Source: Isurus oxyrinchus (lineage: Eukaryota). Taken from it: a DNA stretch of 64,000 nucleotides. A program made the translations under genes and the position numbers. The stretch covers positions 176,638,001 through 176,702,000 of the forward strand of contig JANJGN010000002.1 of assembly GCA_026770705.1 (NCBI GenBank). Reading direction: 5' to 3'. Below are positions 46,790 to 60,352 of the stretch, piece after piece. How positions within the stretch are numbered: position 1 is the stretch's first letter; every line of letters begins with the position of its first letter. The notes beneath the pieces were generated by a model, which saw only the letters and a program-made list of their open reading frames with translations, was not told where the DNA came from and searched no databases.

Positions 46790-49590
46790 ACAATGTGCTT
46801 ATGAGGAGTCAGAATAGCTGGAATGAGTCATATAAGCCTTATGCATTTACCTTATTGTTACAACCTTAATGCTATTCCAACATTATTGCTATAACAATAC
46901 TAGCAGTAACAATATTCTCAGTACTCCATCTACCCCTTTAAGTCCTTGAGGTTAGAGGTTCAGGCAGTCTGGCGGCCTTATAACCCTTCCACATCTCATT
47001 CGGCATTCTGTCGGGAGAGTGCTAGGCTCTGTTGGTTCTGGTTTTTGTTGTGGGCTTGGAGGTCCAAGCATTTGGATATCCTCATTAATAGTCTTCCACC
47101 ATGCAATGGAGGGAGCCTGTTTAGGGAGACCGTGGAGACTCCTGTTGTGTCTGACTGTGCCCTCCAGCATGCCAATCTGGTAGGACCAGTGTCGGTCCTC
47201 ATTCCATCAGAAGAATATTCCCTGTCTCGCAAGTTCAGGAATCCAGATCTTGTCACCCTACTGCAGTTGTGGCAAGTGTCTCATGCAGTGCTGTCTGTTG
47301 TAGGCAGAAAATTGCTTCTGTTTGTAGGTCTGCTGTCTTGCTTGGACATCCTGGTAGCCCTTGGTTGCCAATCCTGGCAGGAGTTTCTTTGGCAGAATCA
47401 GGAGTTGTATACAAAGCTTCTTGCCCATCAGGAATTCAGATGGGAACAGGCCACACTCTAAGTGGTTGGGCATGTAAGTGAACAGTGTGGTGAGGAAGTC
47501 CACATTTTTCTTCAGGAGTGCCTTTACTTGTTCTGCTTCACAGTTTGACTGTGGGTATCTTGGGGAGCTGATGTAGTGGCGGAAGTCGACTATGGCTGTG
47601 AAGTGTGCAAAGGATTCATTAGCGTATTTCGGGCATTATCAGATCTGAGCTCATCTGGGATGCCATGTCTTGCAACCATCTCTCTGAATGCCTTGATGAC
47701 TGTCTCCGTGATGGTTGTATGAAGTTGCTTTACCTCCACCCATCTGGAGAAGTAGGCTACAACAATGAGGAAGGGTTTGCTGTTTTGCAGACAAAACAGG
47801 CCCACGGCCAGCCTTTCCCATGGCCTGTTGGGGAATTATATGGGAATGAGTGAGTCCCTTTGGTCCTGGCAGTGCAACGCATAAACCTGGAAATACGCGA
47901 TGGTCTCCTCTATTTCTTTGGAGATATCAAGTCACCAGATAGCAGATTGGGCCCATGCCCTGCACTTAGTGATGCCCAGATGATCCTAGTGTATCTTCTG
48001 AAGGACATCCGCCTGCAGAGAGGAGGGATTGACCAGCCGTTTGTCATAGACCAGGAGGTTATCTATGATTGTAAAGTGTCTCTGTTGTTTGAACAATGTT
48101 TTGGCTGAACTTCCACTTGGTCTTTGCTGAGGCCACCCTTGTTGGCAGTCGGTGTGGACGCAGGCACACTCTTCATCGTGCAGCTGCTCTTGGTAGATCT
48201 GCTGGAGCCTGGTCATGGTTGCTGGCAGGTTTCTGATAGCGGTTTGGGAGAAGACCTCCAGCTTAGTGACAAAGTTGATGTCCTGTTTGGACAGAAGGCC
48301 CATGGTGGACCTTAAAAATGCATCTACCATTATCTGATTTTTTTTCTCCTGGACATAAATGGTCTCATAGGCGAATCTCATAAGGCGTACGCGAAACCCC
48401 TGGATCTGAGGGGGCATCTTTGTGAGCTCCTTTTCATTTAACAAGAAGACCAGTGGTTTATGTCCTGCCTCGATTGTGATCTTGAGGCTGATGATGCAGT
48501 TGGAAAACTTCTCACAGGTCCATGCGACTGTCAGAGCTTCCCTCTCAGTAATGGCATACCTGGTTTCCATTTCTGACAGCCCTCTAGAAGCATAGTAGAC
48601 AGATCGCAAATGCCATCCAATTGCTCCTAAAAGAGAACTGCCCGAGGCCTGTGGATGAAGCATCAGACACTCTATGATGGTGGGCAGGGCTGGGTCATAG
48701 CGGGCCACAATGTCACTGCAGAGCAACACGACACGAACAAATACATGTTCTTGCTGGGACTCCCAGTACCATGTTTGGGCTTTCTTGAGCAGGTGTCTCA
48801 ACTTGTGTCAAGTGAGGTAAGAACTTTGCCAGCTGGTTCACCATCCCTAGAAGATGCTGGAGATGGGGGACAGGGGAGGGTGGGAAAGTCAGTGATTGCC
48901 TTGGTTTTGTGTGGGTCTGCAGTGAAGGCTTTGTTGCTGATAACATGGCCCAGGAACTGAATACAGGTCTTGGTAAACTCACATTTATCATTCAGCATCA
49001 GCCCCACCTCTTTCAGTCACTCCAAGACTGTTGTGAGCCTTTCATTGTGCTGTTCCACCATGACCCCATGAATCAAGACATTGTCCATATGGCAAATGAC
49101 CCCCAGAAGACCCTTCAGGATGTCCAACATTGTGCATTGAAATATCTTTGGTGCTGATGTAATTCTAAAGGGAAGACAGTTGAAGCAAAATCTGCCAAAG
49201 GGGATAATGAATGTAGCTTGGAGCAGGGAGTCCACATTGAGGGGGAGGTGCCAGAAACCACTGTTAGCATCTTGTTTGGAAAACATTGTGCTCCTTGAAA
49301 GCCTGGCCAGTCTCTCATTCACTGAGAACATGGGATGGATTTCTCTTGCTATGGCCTTGTTAAGGAGTGTGATCTCTATCCAGATGCGGAGAGACCTGTT
49401 TGGTTTTTGGACTGGGACTATCCCCAAGCATCATGCAGTAGGTTGTTTAACTGTCCACCATCTCATCCAACTGTTTCTGTACTTCTTCCATGAGGAGATG
49501 GGAGACCTATTGTGGAGTGAAAAGGCATACCGGCTTGGCATCACTCCTGAGCATAATCCCATAGGCATTTTCAGGTGGCCAAGTACAACA
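46790..49590 (-). mobile_element. Decayed Ty3/Gypsy pol (RT-RNase H-integrase) with PPT and probable short 3' LTR; gag absent
   Basis: RT (VPVQKPN.SLRI, FSKQDANSGFWHLPL, TFIIPFGRFCFNCLPF, CHMDNVLIHG), RNase H (YYASRGLSEMETRYAITEREAL, HKPLV), integrase (VAYFSRWVEV, RHGIPDELRSDN, YPQSN, RCGRVIRPP..LNL). PPT AAAGGGGTAGA at about 46928-46938. Confidence 0.92.
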
Positions 49591-49979
49591 GCAGCAAAAT
49601 CTTATTTCATTATTCAAAAAGTCAAAGGATGTTTATTGATTAAGGAAAAAACAGACTGTCTGTTAAGAAAGGACCAAAACAACAATTCAGTAAGGTACAG
49701 CATTAACTTGTCTGGGAGCAGTTTGTCCCTGGACTGTACCTCGTGCTATTAAAGAAAATCTTTGCACAAAGACCTGTGACATTCATTTAATTGAGTTCTC
49801 TTTTGCTGAAGTGTCTTTTAGTATAGTCATCAGAGAAGCCATAATGAAAGTTTGATGTGGTGCTAATCAGGAGCGGAATATCAGAAGAAGATTTGCATTC
49901 ATTTTCTCCTGCCTTACAACCAATTTTCAAGCATAATTTGCGTAATTGTCTTTGGGTCTGTGAAAGTGCACGCACAGAC

Positions 49980-51712
49980 TTCTAGGTCCACATTTTCATG
50001 TGGGTTCAGGACAATCTAACATGTGTATTTTTGCAATTCACTCCCAACCCATGTGTGACTTTTTCAAGGATTTTTGTCTGCATTCGCAGTGCATTTTGTG
50101 AGCCAAGATAGAGTGCGGGATGATTGTGGGTGCGAGGTGGGCTGGTTAGAAAGCCTGCCTTGGTTCTCCAACAAAGCAGCCCAGCTCCCAACATCAATTT
50201 GTAGGAATCCTATACCCCACCCCTCACCCCCTTCAATCCCCACCCAACCCTCATGCCACCCCATTCCCTCTTAGATCCCCTATACCACCCTGTACACCCA
50301 TTCTCCCACCCACCTCCAATGCCACCTCCATTCCCTCTCAACTCCCCCATGCCACCTCAATGGACCCTCATATATTCCATACCACTTCATGCACCCTCAG
50401 ATCACCATGCCACGTCATACCATCGCAAAGCCCCCATGTATCCTGCATAGCCACTCACCCAGTATGCACTATATACAGTCCTCAGGAGCCATGTAATAGC
50501 AATGGGAATTATTTTAAAATCATTGGGGGAAAAATAAACTTCTAACAATCTTATAAAACCCTGAATTCAAGCATGCTATCATTGATAGTGGAAAAAAATC
50601 CACTCCTGTTTAAAATTTGTCATCTTCTAAGTGCCTATTAAGTTTGTAAACAAAGAAGAAACCAAATCAAAGGCATATTCTGTTATACCTTAAAAACTTA
50701 AAAGTTTCATTGGTTCTGTTTCATTTCACCCCCTTCCTAAGCAAGGGGGTGGAAGGTTATCAGGGCTAGGTGAGAATGCAGAGTTCAGGTTAAAATCAGA
50801 TCAGCCCTTACTGAATGGCAGATCAGGCTAAGGGGCCAAGAGGTGTACTCCTGCTCTGAATTCATAAATTCATATGCTCTTGGATCAATAGACCACTTGT
50901 TGAGTGAAAACAATTATAAGAGTTTGAAACCCAGACAAGCATTCATAATGGCTACAGCTGTCATAATAAAAGTTTCATGCTACATAGCTTGAAAATGACA
51001 GAACAGAATTGTGTGCCATTTCCATTTCAAAGCAGAGTGCCTGTCAATCAGTGGAGGGGAGTAGATGCAGAGATATTTTTCAGCTTTCAAATACCCCTTT
51101 TTTTAACAGGTAGAACTGTCACTCAATTTAAATCACAACACAAAACATGACAGCAGAGGCTGACAGGACCTTTTATTTTTCCATTTTTTCATGTATTATG
51201 GCATGCTTGACAATTGGAAAAGTGCTGTCATTCATGGCAACTATTACACAATGCTGGGCAATATAAGGGTCAATTTACCTTTGCAGGACAGATCCTTATC
51301 ATGAATCACTGAATTAAAAACACATCAACATTACAGTACAACATCAAGTGAAGGTGTCAAATCATTTACACTTACGTTTCAAACTGTTCCTGACTCCTCA
51401 GCAGGCTTCCCCCACTGGTCACAAACTCTCCAAGGATGTGCTTTTTTGGGGGTTTACAAAATCCTCACCAGCTCACAAAAATAGTGAGTGGGAGGAAATA
51501 CAATGTTCCTGTTGACCTCACAAGAGGTGCCCAACCTCAGAAGAGGTGCACATGCATTTTTCACCCAAGGCCTTCCAGACCCTCCAAAAAGCCACACGAA
51601 AATGGCATGGGTTCAGGAAGGCACAGGAAAGTTGATTTTCCAGCAAAAAAAACTAAGTTCAATGTTTCATGGCCCAATTCACACCTCCATTGGGAAATGA
51701 AAATCTGGCCCC
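49980..51712. mobile_element. Probable Harbinger-type non-autonomous element
   Basis: Ends GGTCCACATTTTCAT (about 49985) and ATGAAAATCTGGCCC (about 51697-51711) form imperfect inverted repeats of the same TIR type. Confidence 0.45.
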
Positions 51713-54700
51713 TGGTTTGTCAATTGGTTGATCCTCATCATTTCCATATTAATGCAGAGTCCCTGAAAAATATTGGTAGGTAAACAACTGAAGTTCCAGA
51801 AATGTGTCAGACCTCAAGTTTCAGGCCACAAAAAGAGAGGTAGGTCTGGAAGAGTGGACATTGCTAAATATTTAAATTTTTATGTTTTCTTTTGCACCAT
51901 GCTTTAATCTTAGGGGCTTAGAACTGGAGCTGGTGAAGAAGCACCAGGTGTGGTTGTTCATCATTTGTGAATGCAGAATTAGAAATACTGGGAACAGTTT
52001 TACTGACAATAGGGCTGAAAATCACAGTGTGCATCCCAGTGTAATTGTCTGTATGATTATGCCTGCCAGGGACTTTCAGCACTGCCTGTCAATGTTGATG
52101 GCATTAAGGTGAGTTCCCTTAAATATATTGCTACTGGTGAGTTCCCACGTAGCTTGGGCAGCCACATGCCCATCAGGCCAGAAAATTGGCTATACATTTA
52201 ACAGGTCCAGAGGGTAGCACCCAGAAACAAATCTCACCATGTCCATCAACTCCCTTTAATAGGGAAGCCAGAATAGTTCTACCATTTGCAATATCTTTGA
52301 GGCTCTAGGCAACATTCTAGGTCTGGATTTCCATACACAATAGTGAACACCTAATGTATGGCACCTCTGTCTATATTTTAATAGGCTCTCACTACCCCAT
52401 CTAGATTAATTACCCATGGGCTGTCCAGGCAACCTTTGGGCTGCCTGATATTAAAATGTGTAACCTGATGAGCCACCTGTGAGATAACTCAAATTAGGGG
52501 AAATTGTTCCTTGAGCACGCATGTAACTGTCATGTGACTAGGGCAAGTACCCATGAAGCTTAATGCTCATAACTCTGAGTCCTTGGCCACCCTCTAATCA
52601 GATTCCATGCAGAAACATTCAAATATTCAAACTTCCCATTCTTCTAGATCCCCCAAACTCTTGAATACAGCTAACTAGCTCGCTGCCACTCACTCTTCCA
52701 GTCTTTGTACTGGTGCCTGAGACAGGTGAATTGAAGTATGCAGGTGTTAAGACGGTGATGGGTATGGGGTATATGAGGATGGTACACCCTTGGGGAAGGA
52801 GAGACGAATAGAGAAATAGTTTTCTATCTCCTCATCATCATCATTCTTTTCTTCTGGGCCTTCAGAAGAACAGAGCCATTGGCTCTCTTTTACTTCCTCC
52901 CCTTAAGCTGCTCCCCCTCCTCTTGCTTCTCTCCAAGTACCTCCTGCTGCTGTGCTTGACTGCAAGGAGAAAAAGGTGTAAGGTCTGTTTGGTTTGAACA
53001 CATCTCCCTTGCAGTGCAGGACATATGCAATGGGAATGAAATGTTGGTCATATGCAATGGTGCAGATGGCTGCCATGGAGAAATAACAGGTGCTTACACA
53101 CTTATCTGGAAGTGACAGGATGCTGCTAATCTCAGCGAGCATAACAGTCACAGCAACTTTGCAGCCCAGGAGCTGTATGGCCTTGCCTTTGAGGTGGATC
53201 AGGATTTTCAGACCAAGTATTCCCCACACTCTGGTGCTCTGCATCTGGTGAGTATTATGCACCAACTTACCTTGCAAAGGAAAAGGACTATGTAGATATG
53301 GTTTCAGTATGTCGGGTGTTATTACAGAGATGGTTTCTGAGTGGTGCAGATATGAGGGTACCAAATTATAGACTATGCTTGAGGAATGTGGTAGTCAGTT
53401 ACTGGTTTAGAAAGCTGTACAGGCATGTATATTGTAGCATTGGGTATTAGAGGTGCTCTTAAGCTGAGTGCAGTGTGAAGTGTAAGTTGTAGCTGTTCTC
53501 TCCACAGAGGCTGAAAACCCTGATGAATGTAACCAGTGTTTAGTTTCAGAATTCTAGGATGTCAGTCCAGCATTAAAATTAGTTATTCAACATTGACCAG
53601 GTATATTTCCCCCGTGGACCCAAAAACAGAAGAAATCTTGTGTCTCTGAGAGTATCTGATCATCTATCTCCATTTATATCCTTAAAACCTTCAGTCATGT
53701 TTTTGTTATCCAGCATCATTTAACAGTAATTGATCAAACTAATTCTTTTGCTGGGAGCCATTCTCATATATCTAACACTCAATGAGGAAAGAATTTTTTA
53801 CAATTTGTAGTGTTGCTTGAAGGTAATTGATATTGTGCCCATGTCCTCTAATCCTGCAGCCAGGAACTAAGCTGAATAATTTGTTTATGTCTACGTTGTA
53901 TGGGCATTTCAAATTCTAAAGAGCTGGATCATGTCTCCTCTCAAACGCCAATGATAAACATGTTCAGTTTGAGTACCAGTCTGCACAGCTGAGGAAGCCG
54001 AGTCATGGAATAAAGCTTGTCACTATTCTCTCAACTTTCTCCAAGAAATCAATCTTAACTTGTAGATATGCATTATACTAATGTAAAATAAATTGAATGG
54101 GAAGTTAGATGTCAAATAAAATAGAATTTTCAAAGAAAAGTTTTTAATGTTGCGTGCATTCTGAAAAACACCTGCACATATAGGTCTTAAAAAACAAGTA
54201 TGTTTGAACCAAAGGAAGGTTCATATGCTGTTCAAGGAACCATAAATTACATTAAACTCTGTAAATTAAGGGCAGGCACGAGGAACTGAGAGATAAATCT
54301 GATCCACTTTCACTTTCCTATTGATGCATTATTTAGAACATCCAAGTGAAAGGGCTCCTGAAAAAGAAAATTGCTAAGTAGAAAATGTCTTGTTCCTCTC
54401 AAATTAAAGCTATGCTAAACTCAAAACTGTTTTCTTATGTCTGCAGCATAAGTAATTTCACTAAAATTAACTGATAGCACAGTTCTATACATTCTCCTGC
54501 CTATGTTTGATTATATTTTAGGCCTGGAATTTCCTTGATCTAACTTACACCATAAAAGCAGTTACATTGTTGCATTTGCCAATTGTTCCAATGTCAAGTT
54601 AAGCACCAATTTCCTGCAGAAATTGTTTTCTGAAGCTGGAATGCAATTACTGGCATAAAACACATGCAACTTTGTATTTACTTTATTTTTTCGAGAGATA

Positions 54701-55089
54701 ACCACCCTAGTGCCTTCTGTGCATGGTGGACAGAAAATCAAGGCAACCAGGGGAAGTTCTACAATTTCTCTAATGAAAAATGGAGTGAGGAGACACTGAA
54801 TTCTGGGCAACAAGATGACCAGGACAACTAGGATCATGAGCAGTGGTATCTGGATGGAGGTTGTACTATTTGTAAGAGTTAACACTCTCACTCCCAGGAT
54901 CCCAGAATAGTGCAAGAGGAACTTGGCTGACAAAGTAAGACACTCACCTGGGCATTGACACATTCTAAACTCTCATAAAAGCAGCGTGCACATGATTTCT
55001 CACAGGCTGGACTAAAAGAACACCAAATATAAAGGCCTTCAGATAGGCCAAGGTATGTCATTTACTTACCCCTTTGAGCAATTTGAGCA

Positions 55090-55700
55090 GATTTTGAAAG
55101 TAAAAATGCTGGCTACTCTCCCAATCCCTCTTTCTCTTTATCTTCTTCTAACTCAATTACTCCTTCCAACTCACCCCTTGCTGTGTCTTCACTATCCCCA
55201 TGACCTTCTCACCTCTGAACCAAAAACTTCAGCTTCATCCCCTTACACCCTCACCTCAACAAATTCTGAACACGTCATTATACTGAATTCTTCACCTGCT
55301 GCCTTTGCCGCTGCAACTATTATTTTGACTAAGAGGCTTCTTCTTGCACATCCGGCTATTTCTTTTCTTCTCAACCTTCCTGATCCATATGAACCCTCCT
55401 TGTGTTCTGTAACCTCTTTGTATGTTATTGAGAACTGGTGGCATGTGAACATAGGAACATAGGGCTTAGGAGCTGGAGTAGATCATTCAGCCCTTGGAGC
55501 TCGCACCGCTATTCGATAAGATCATGGCTGATCCAATTGTGGTCTCAACTCCACGTTCCTGACATTGACTGTGCCAGTTACTTCCTTCCCTCATTCTAAT
55601 CAAGTTCTCCCCGTAGTTCTCTCACTCCATTTCCAACATCATCATCAACACTGCTAAGAAAGGTGATGCTGTTGTTGTGTGGTGAAAGGACCTTTACCAT
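55090..55700 (+). mobile_element. Old PLE ORF N-terminal remnant interrupted by a CR1 tail (about 55447-55560)
   Basis: About 55635-55682 translates NIIINTAKKGDAVVVW, matching the PLE RT motif IKPADKG.AVVV. Confidence 0.6.
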
Positions 55701-57251
55701 TTTAGTTATAGCTCATTAAATTAACAAGTGGGCTGTTGAGTTGAGTGGTCAGGTGATGCCCGAGGATGCTTTTTCTTTGAGTTTTCATCCTTACAAATAG
55801 GCTGAGGTGCCTGAAACAAGGTGCCATGTGGGACACCGGGATCTCCAGTGACAATAACCCAGTGGTTCAAGTCTTCTTCAGCTCGATGGCTATCATAGAA
55901 GGTGTTGGCAGTGATTTCATACTCTCTTCCAAACGCTGTCCAGAATGATGAAGGGGAACTCTGATGACTCCTCCAACCTCTGCCAGACCATAACTAAACA
56001 ACCTGCCACATTTTTCATCTGTTTTCATGCTTCCCTTTCTATCCCTTTAACTATTCACACTCTCACCATGTCTCATTTTCTATTTCTTCAATTTCTTTCA
56101 TTATGACTCCTTTATTTCCTGCTAATTTCACTTCAGCCATATAACAATCTCTTGTTCCCACTCAGACACAGCACAGGTGTTTAATTTCCATAATATGTTT
56201 TTTTTATTTTCTTCCTTGCCCTTGTTCTAGTCTGTTTAAATGCTGTTCATCTATAAGATCGTCCAGTCTTGAGAAGGGAAAAACATGGTCCCTCTCTGTT
56301 CATTGTGTTAATAGTTGGTAATAGTGACCAGAAATTTTATCTGTTGTCTCCCTCTCTGTGTTTCATCTGTGCTGTTAAGGAGTTTGACCACACACCTTTA
56401 TCAGTTTTGAAGATTTCTACCTAAACAATTGACCTGACTTTTCATTTTTACAGATGATGCTGAGGACTGTTGTGTCTTTTGTGCTTTTTCTGCTCTTAAT
56501 TTTAATTTAGCATTCTTAATATCTTTGTTTAATTTATGCAAACTAATCCAGATTCCTCATGTCAATAAAACATTTCTAGGGAAAGGTGACAACAAACAAT
56601 ACATGTAATTTTATAGCTGCAGAATATTTTCAAAAGAATTATTCTTACCCTTATTTTTTCCTTCTTTATTCATTTGTTCAATACCAATAGTTTCTTTGTA
56701 GTTGTTAATGCAACTGTAGATTGGTATTTAACATCTAATCGATCTACTGCAAAAAATTCAACCGTTTTTAATTAAGAATATATTTAAATCTTTAGTGAGC
56801 TCCATTCAACCTTTCATTTCTGGCATTTGCTCCTTGCCATTGCTTGATCTTCAACACCAAATTGCTAATAAAGGAATTTGAAAATACTGGTCTCGTACCT
56901 CTGAGAGCTCCTACAGATTGGGAGAATGGGGCTATGCTCATGAATCATCCACTAACAGTGTTCACCGGGCATGGAGTCTTAGCAAAATGACAATACAAAT
57001 AATATTTGGTAAAAATGGTCATTCAAATAAATATGCATGCTTTTGTTTCCCATTGGGTACAGAATACAACACTTCAATTTGAAGTGTAAAAATGCTTTCA
57101 GGGCTTGGCATAACTCTGTTGATGCATTAAATGCACTAAACATTGATTGCTACTCAACAAATTGTGACTTATATTAATCTTTCTTATAACTTGTGTAGTT
57201 TGTTATTCCCAAGCCTGTCATTCTGCAATTCTTTGTGACAGTCCAAGTTTT

Positions 57252-57305
57252 GGAAATAAAAACAAAAAATGCTGGAAATGCTCAGCAGGTCAGGTAATAT
57301 CTATG
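57252..57305 (-). mobile_element. Short PLE terminal fragment
   Basis: 'ggaaataaaaacaaaaaatgctggaaatgctcagcaggtcagg'. Confidence 0.7.
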
Positions 57306-58304
57306 GAGGTGTTATGACCCCATATAGGAACTGTAAACCAAAATAACCAAATTTATTGAATGACCCTGAAATGAAGAAATTACCAACATGATTCCACTTT
57401 TGTAACTTTCACTTTGACATGAATCACAGCCAACATAAATTAAACATTTATGATCAGGAAAATGATACTTCAAATAAAAATTTAATTTCTCTAAATAGTT
57501 GATACACAAAGATGTGTCTCACACAACCACAAGCACTCATATCATTTCCCGCACAAATATGGTACTATGTTGCTACATGGTCCTACAATATGCCATTCTT
57601 TATTCATGAGTGTCGGTCAGGAGACCGACCTGACAATAACTTTCATCTTTGAGTTTCATGGGTATGATTATTATCAGCAAGGCACACTTCCTCAAACCTT
57701 CTCTCCCTTGGGCCAATAAAGTACTGATGGTGTGGCTTTCCAGGGTTCCTTTTCAACCAAACAATGAGTATCACCTCAGTGCATGGTTTTATCACTTCTG
57801 GAAAAACACCCAGCTTTTTAACATCTCCAAGCTATTTCACAGCTTACCAGGTTTTAAACCTTTTTAGCCATCTTACACAGTACCTCCAAGAGTTCCTATC
57901 ACTTTTTCTGCCATACATAAAAAACTGGCTTCTTTCTGAGAGTGATTGTTCTCCTCACAAGAATGCTTTATGTTCCCCTCTTCTGTCTTTGTTTGCTCTC
58001 TCTTTGTGTCTGCACCTGTGTGCGGATCTCCTTCACCCTCCAATTCCTCTGCTAATAGTTATCTTTTCTGTCTGCTAGCCACACAGCTTCTTTCTTAATT
58101 TCCTTTCTGTTGGTACTGCATCCAGGTTAAAGGTCGCCAGGACACATGGACCAGTATTTCTTATTATCCAAGCAGATTGCAACTGATCCATTTACAATTG
58201 ATACTAACTCTTAAAATTCCTTTTCAAACATTCCTAAAACTCATTACGGATTCCACAGACATTTAAAGGAAATTACACATTTTCCTTGCTGTACTACTCC
58301 TGGG

Positions 58305-58375
58305 TCAAAGTTCATCATAAGAGAGAAAGAAAGTCAACATTTCAGGTTGATGACCTTTTATCAGGACAGTTTTGG
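58305..58375 (-). mobile_element. Old PLE hammerhead fragment
   Basis: Minus strand CTGATAAA-AGGTC-ATC-AACCT-GAAAT-GTT-GACT. Confidence 0.55.
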
Positions 58376-58705
58376 ACTGTCTTTCTTTCTTTCTTTGTAT
58401 CTTTGTGTACATGGGTTCTATTCTGAGTTGGCCCCTCTTATCTATGGACTCTAGGCATGGTACTTGGTTACCTGTAGTCATACTCTGGTATCTACTTAGC
58501 ATTTGTTTATTAAATAAAATGAAACAGGTCAGAGAGTAGGCATGTTGCTCCTGGGTTTTGTGTACCAACCTCTCTCTCAAGAGTCTAACACATGTCAGTA
58601 GTACATCACCGTCTACATCATACTTTAGCATATCCCAATGTTAACCCTTTATACTACACCTCCCCAAAGTATACTATCCCATTTTCAACAGCAATATTAA
58701 ACTAT

Positions 58706-59325
58706 GGGCACAATTTTGCCCTTGGAGGGCGTGCTCGACGGGGATGGGCATGAGAGGCCAGGAAGCCAACCACCACCCACGATTGGCACCGGGCTGCAAT
58801 TTCACACTGGCAGGCCAATTAAGGCCCACCAGCATGAAACGCAAGTGGCAGCAGGTGCGGGTGGGGGGAGGACGGCGAGCGGGCCAAGTGCGAACTTCAT
58901 GCATGCGCATGAGTGAGCACTTCATAATCTCCCTGAGGCACAGAGCTCAGAGAAATGAAGCATTGTTAAAGAAAGAAAATAAAGAAAATAAAAATGTAAT
59001 GAAACATGTCCCCTCAAGTGACTCTTGTCATGAGCAGGGACATGTTATTAATTCAAATGTGAAACTTTTATTTTTATTTGTGTTTGGAAACTGCCCATGG
59101 ATGAGGTTTCCAAAAAAATACAACGGCTGTTTGGCCTTTTCGCCTGTCCGTCAACCGTTAGCGAAAAGTTTAGGTTAATTGATTATTTAATAGCCTTAAC
59201 ATGTCTTTTAATTGTTGGTGGGCACCCTGCGCGCACCCTGCCGAATGAACTATCATGCGACTGTGCATTGATGTCGGCATGCTCGGCCGATATCAACGCA
59301 CATCTTTTCACGCTCAAGCGGGTAT
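58706..59325. mobile_element. Harbinger-type MITE, same family as 15702-16395
   Basis: Left end GGGCACAATTTTGCC; shared interior 'tgaggc...g.gct', 'aacatg.cccc', 'ggacatgtta', 'ggatgagg.ttc'. Confidence 0.8.
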
Positions 59326-59534
59326 TTAACTATTTACATTGGATTTCTGTAACTTCCTTTTTATGACTACAGATTATGCCCAACTCCAACTCCTACTCTT
59401 CCCCACCCCCCTCAAAGTCACAATTCTGAGGGATTCAATCTTCCACAGAATTCTCGGCCCTTAGGGAAGATGTATTGGAGATGTGGGCTTTCTTCTTTGT
59501 CTTGGATGTCAGAAAGATATAATAATTCTAATAA

Positions 59535-60352
59535 TGTTATTGGAATTTATTGTACAATAGTGGTATCTGTGTCTGTATGTACCTGTGTGTGTGTGTCAGA
59601 GACTTAATTGGATTAAAGGCAGCTGGTCTGAAGGCTTTGATGTAAACAGGAAGTTTAGAATATAAGGAGTGAGAGGACATTTGCATTTTTTAAAGACTAG
59701 ATTCTTTTCAAAGGAGGGGTGAAATGTGTCACCTAGCCAGGTGAAGTTTAGAAACAGTTTGTTGATTTTTCTCAAAGATTACTGGTAAAACTTAGTGCAA
59801 TGAGAGATTTTTATTTTCAGAAAGATAAAGTCCAAAGACATAGCAAAACAATGGGAATTTGCATTAAAAGGGGAAAATATGTATAAAGGAGTAAAGGCTA
59901 TTTGTAAGGTAAGCATTTTTAAGATCTAACAAGTGTGGAAAGCCTTCAGCATCTATACCTCAAGCTGCTGTTTTCAAAGAACTGAAATTAAGAAAACTCA
60001 CTTTGAATTTGACTGGTTCAGGATATTGTGTGTCATCTTGCCTGGGTCTTTTAAAACCTATATGTCTTACTGTTGCCTTAACGAAAGTGTAACTGGGAGT
60101 CAGATTAAGTAGGGGATTTAGAAGTTATCATAGTAATTTGTAGATCTATGAATTTTAAAGCTTAATTTCTCTTATTAATAAACATTGAATCTAGTTTTGT
60201 AAAACCTATAAGACTTGGTGGTGTTATTACTACTGAATTCAAGGCACGTATCTCAAAATTTATACAAATTGCAAAACAAGTTGTGGCAGTTGTTTCAAGT
60301 CTCCCTTTGGGATTTGAACAACTCAGCATTTACCATCAGCTGTGCCATAATA
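59535..60352 (+). mobile_element. Probable solo LTR nested in the Gypsy element
   Basis: Starts TGTTAT, has TATAAA (about 59883) and AATAAA (about 60177), ends ...GCCATAATA (decayed ACA). Confidence 0.55.

Noticed and set aside
49180-49752. 190-aa plus-strand ORF
   Set aside because: Antisense to the Gypsy RT.
52700-53400. 153-aa ORF and possible further Harbinger remnant
   Set aside because: No motif clear enough to support either call.
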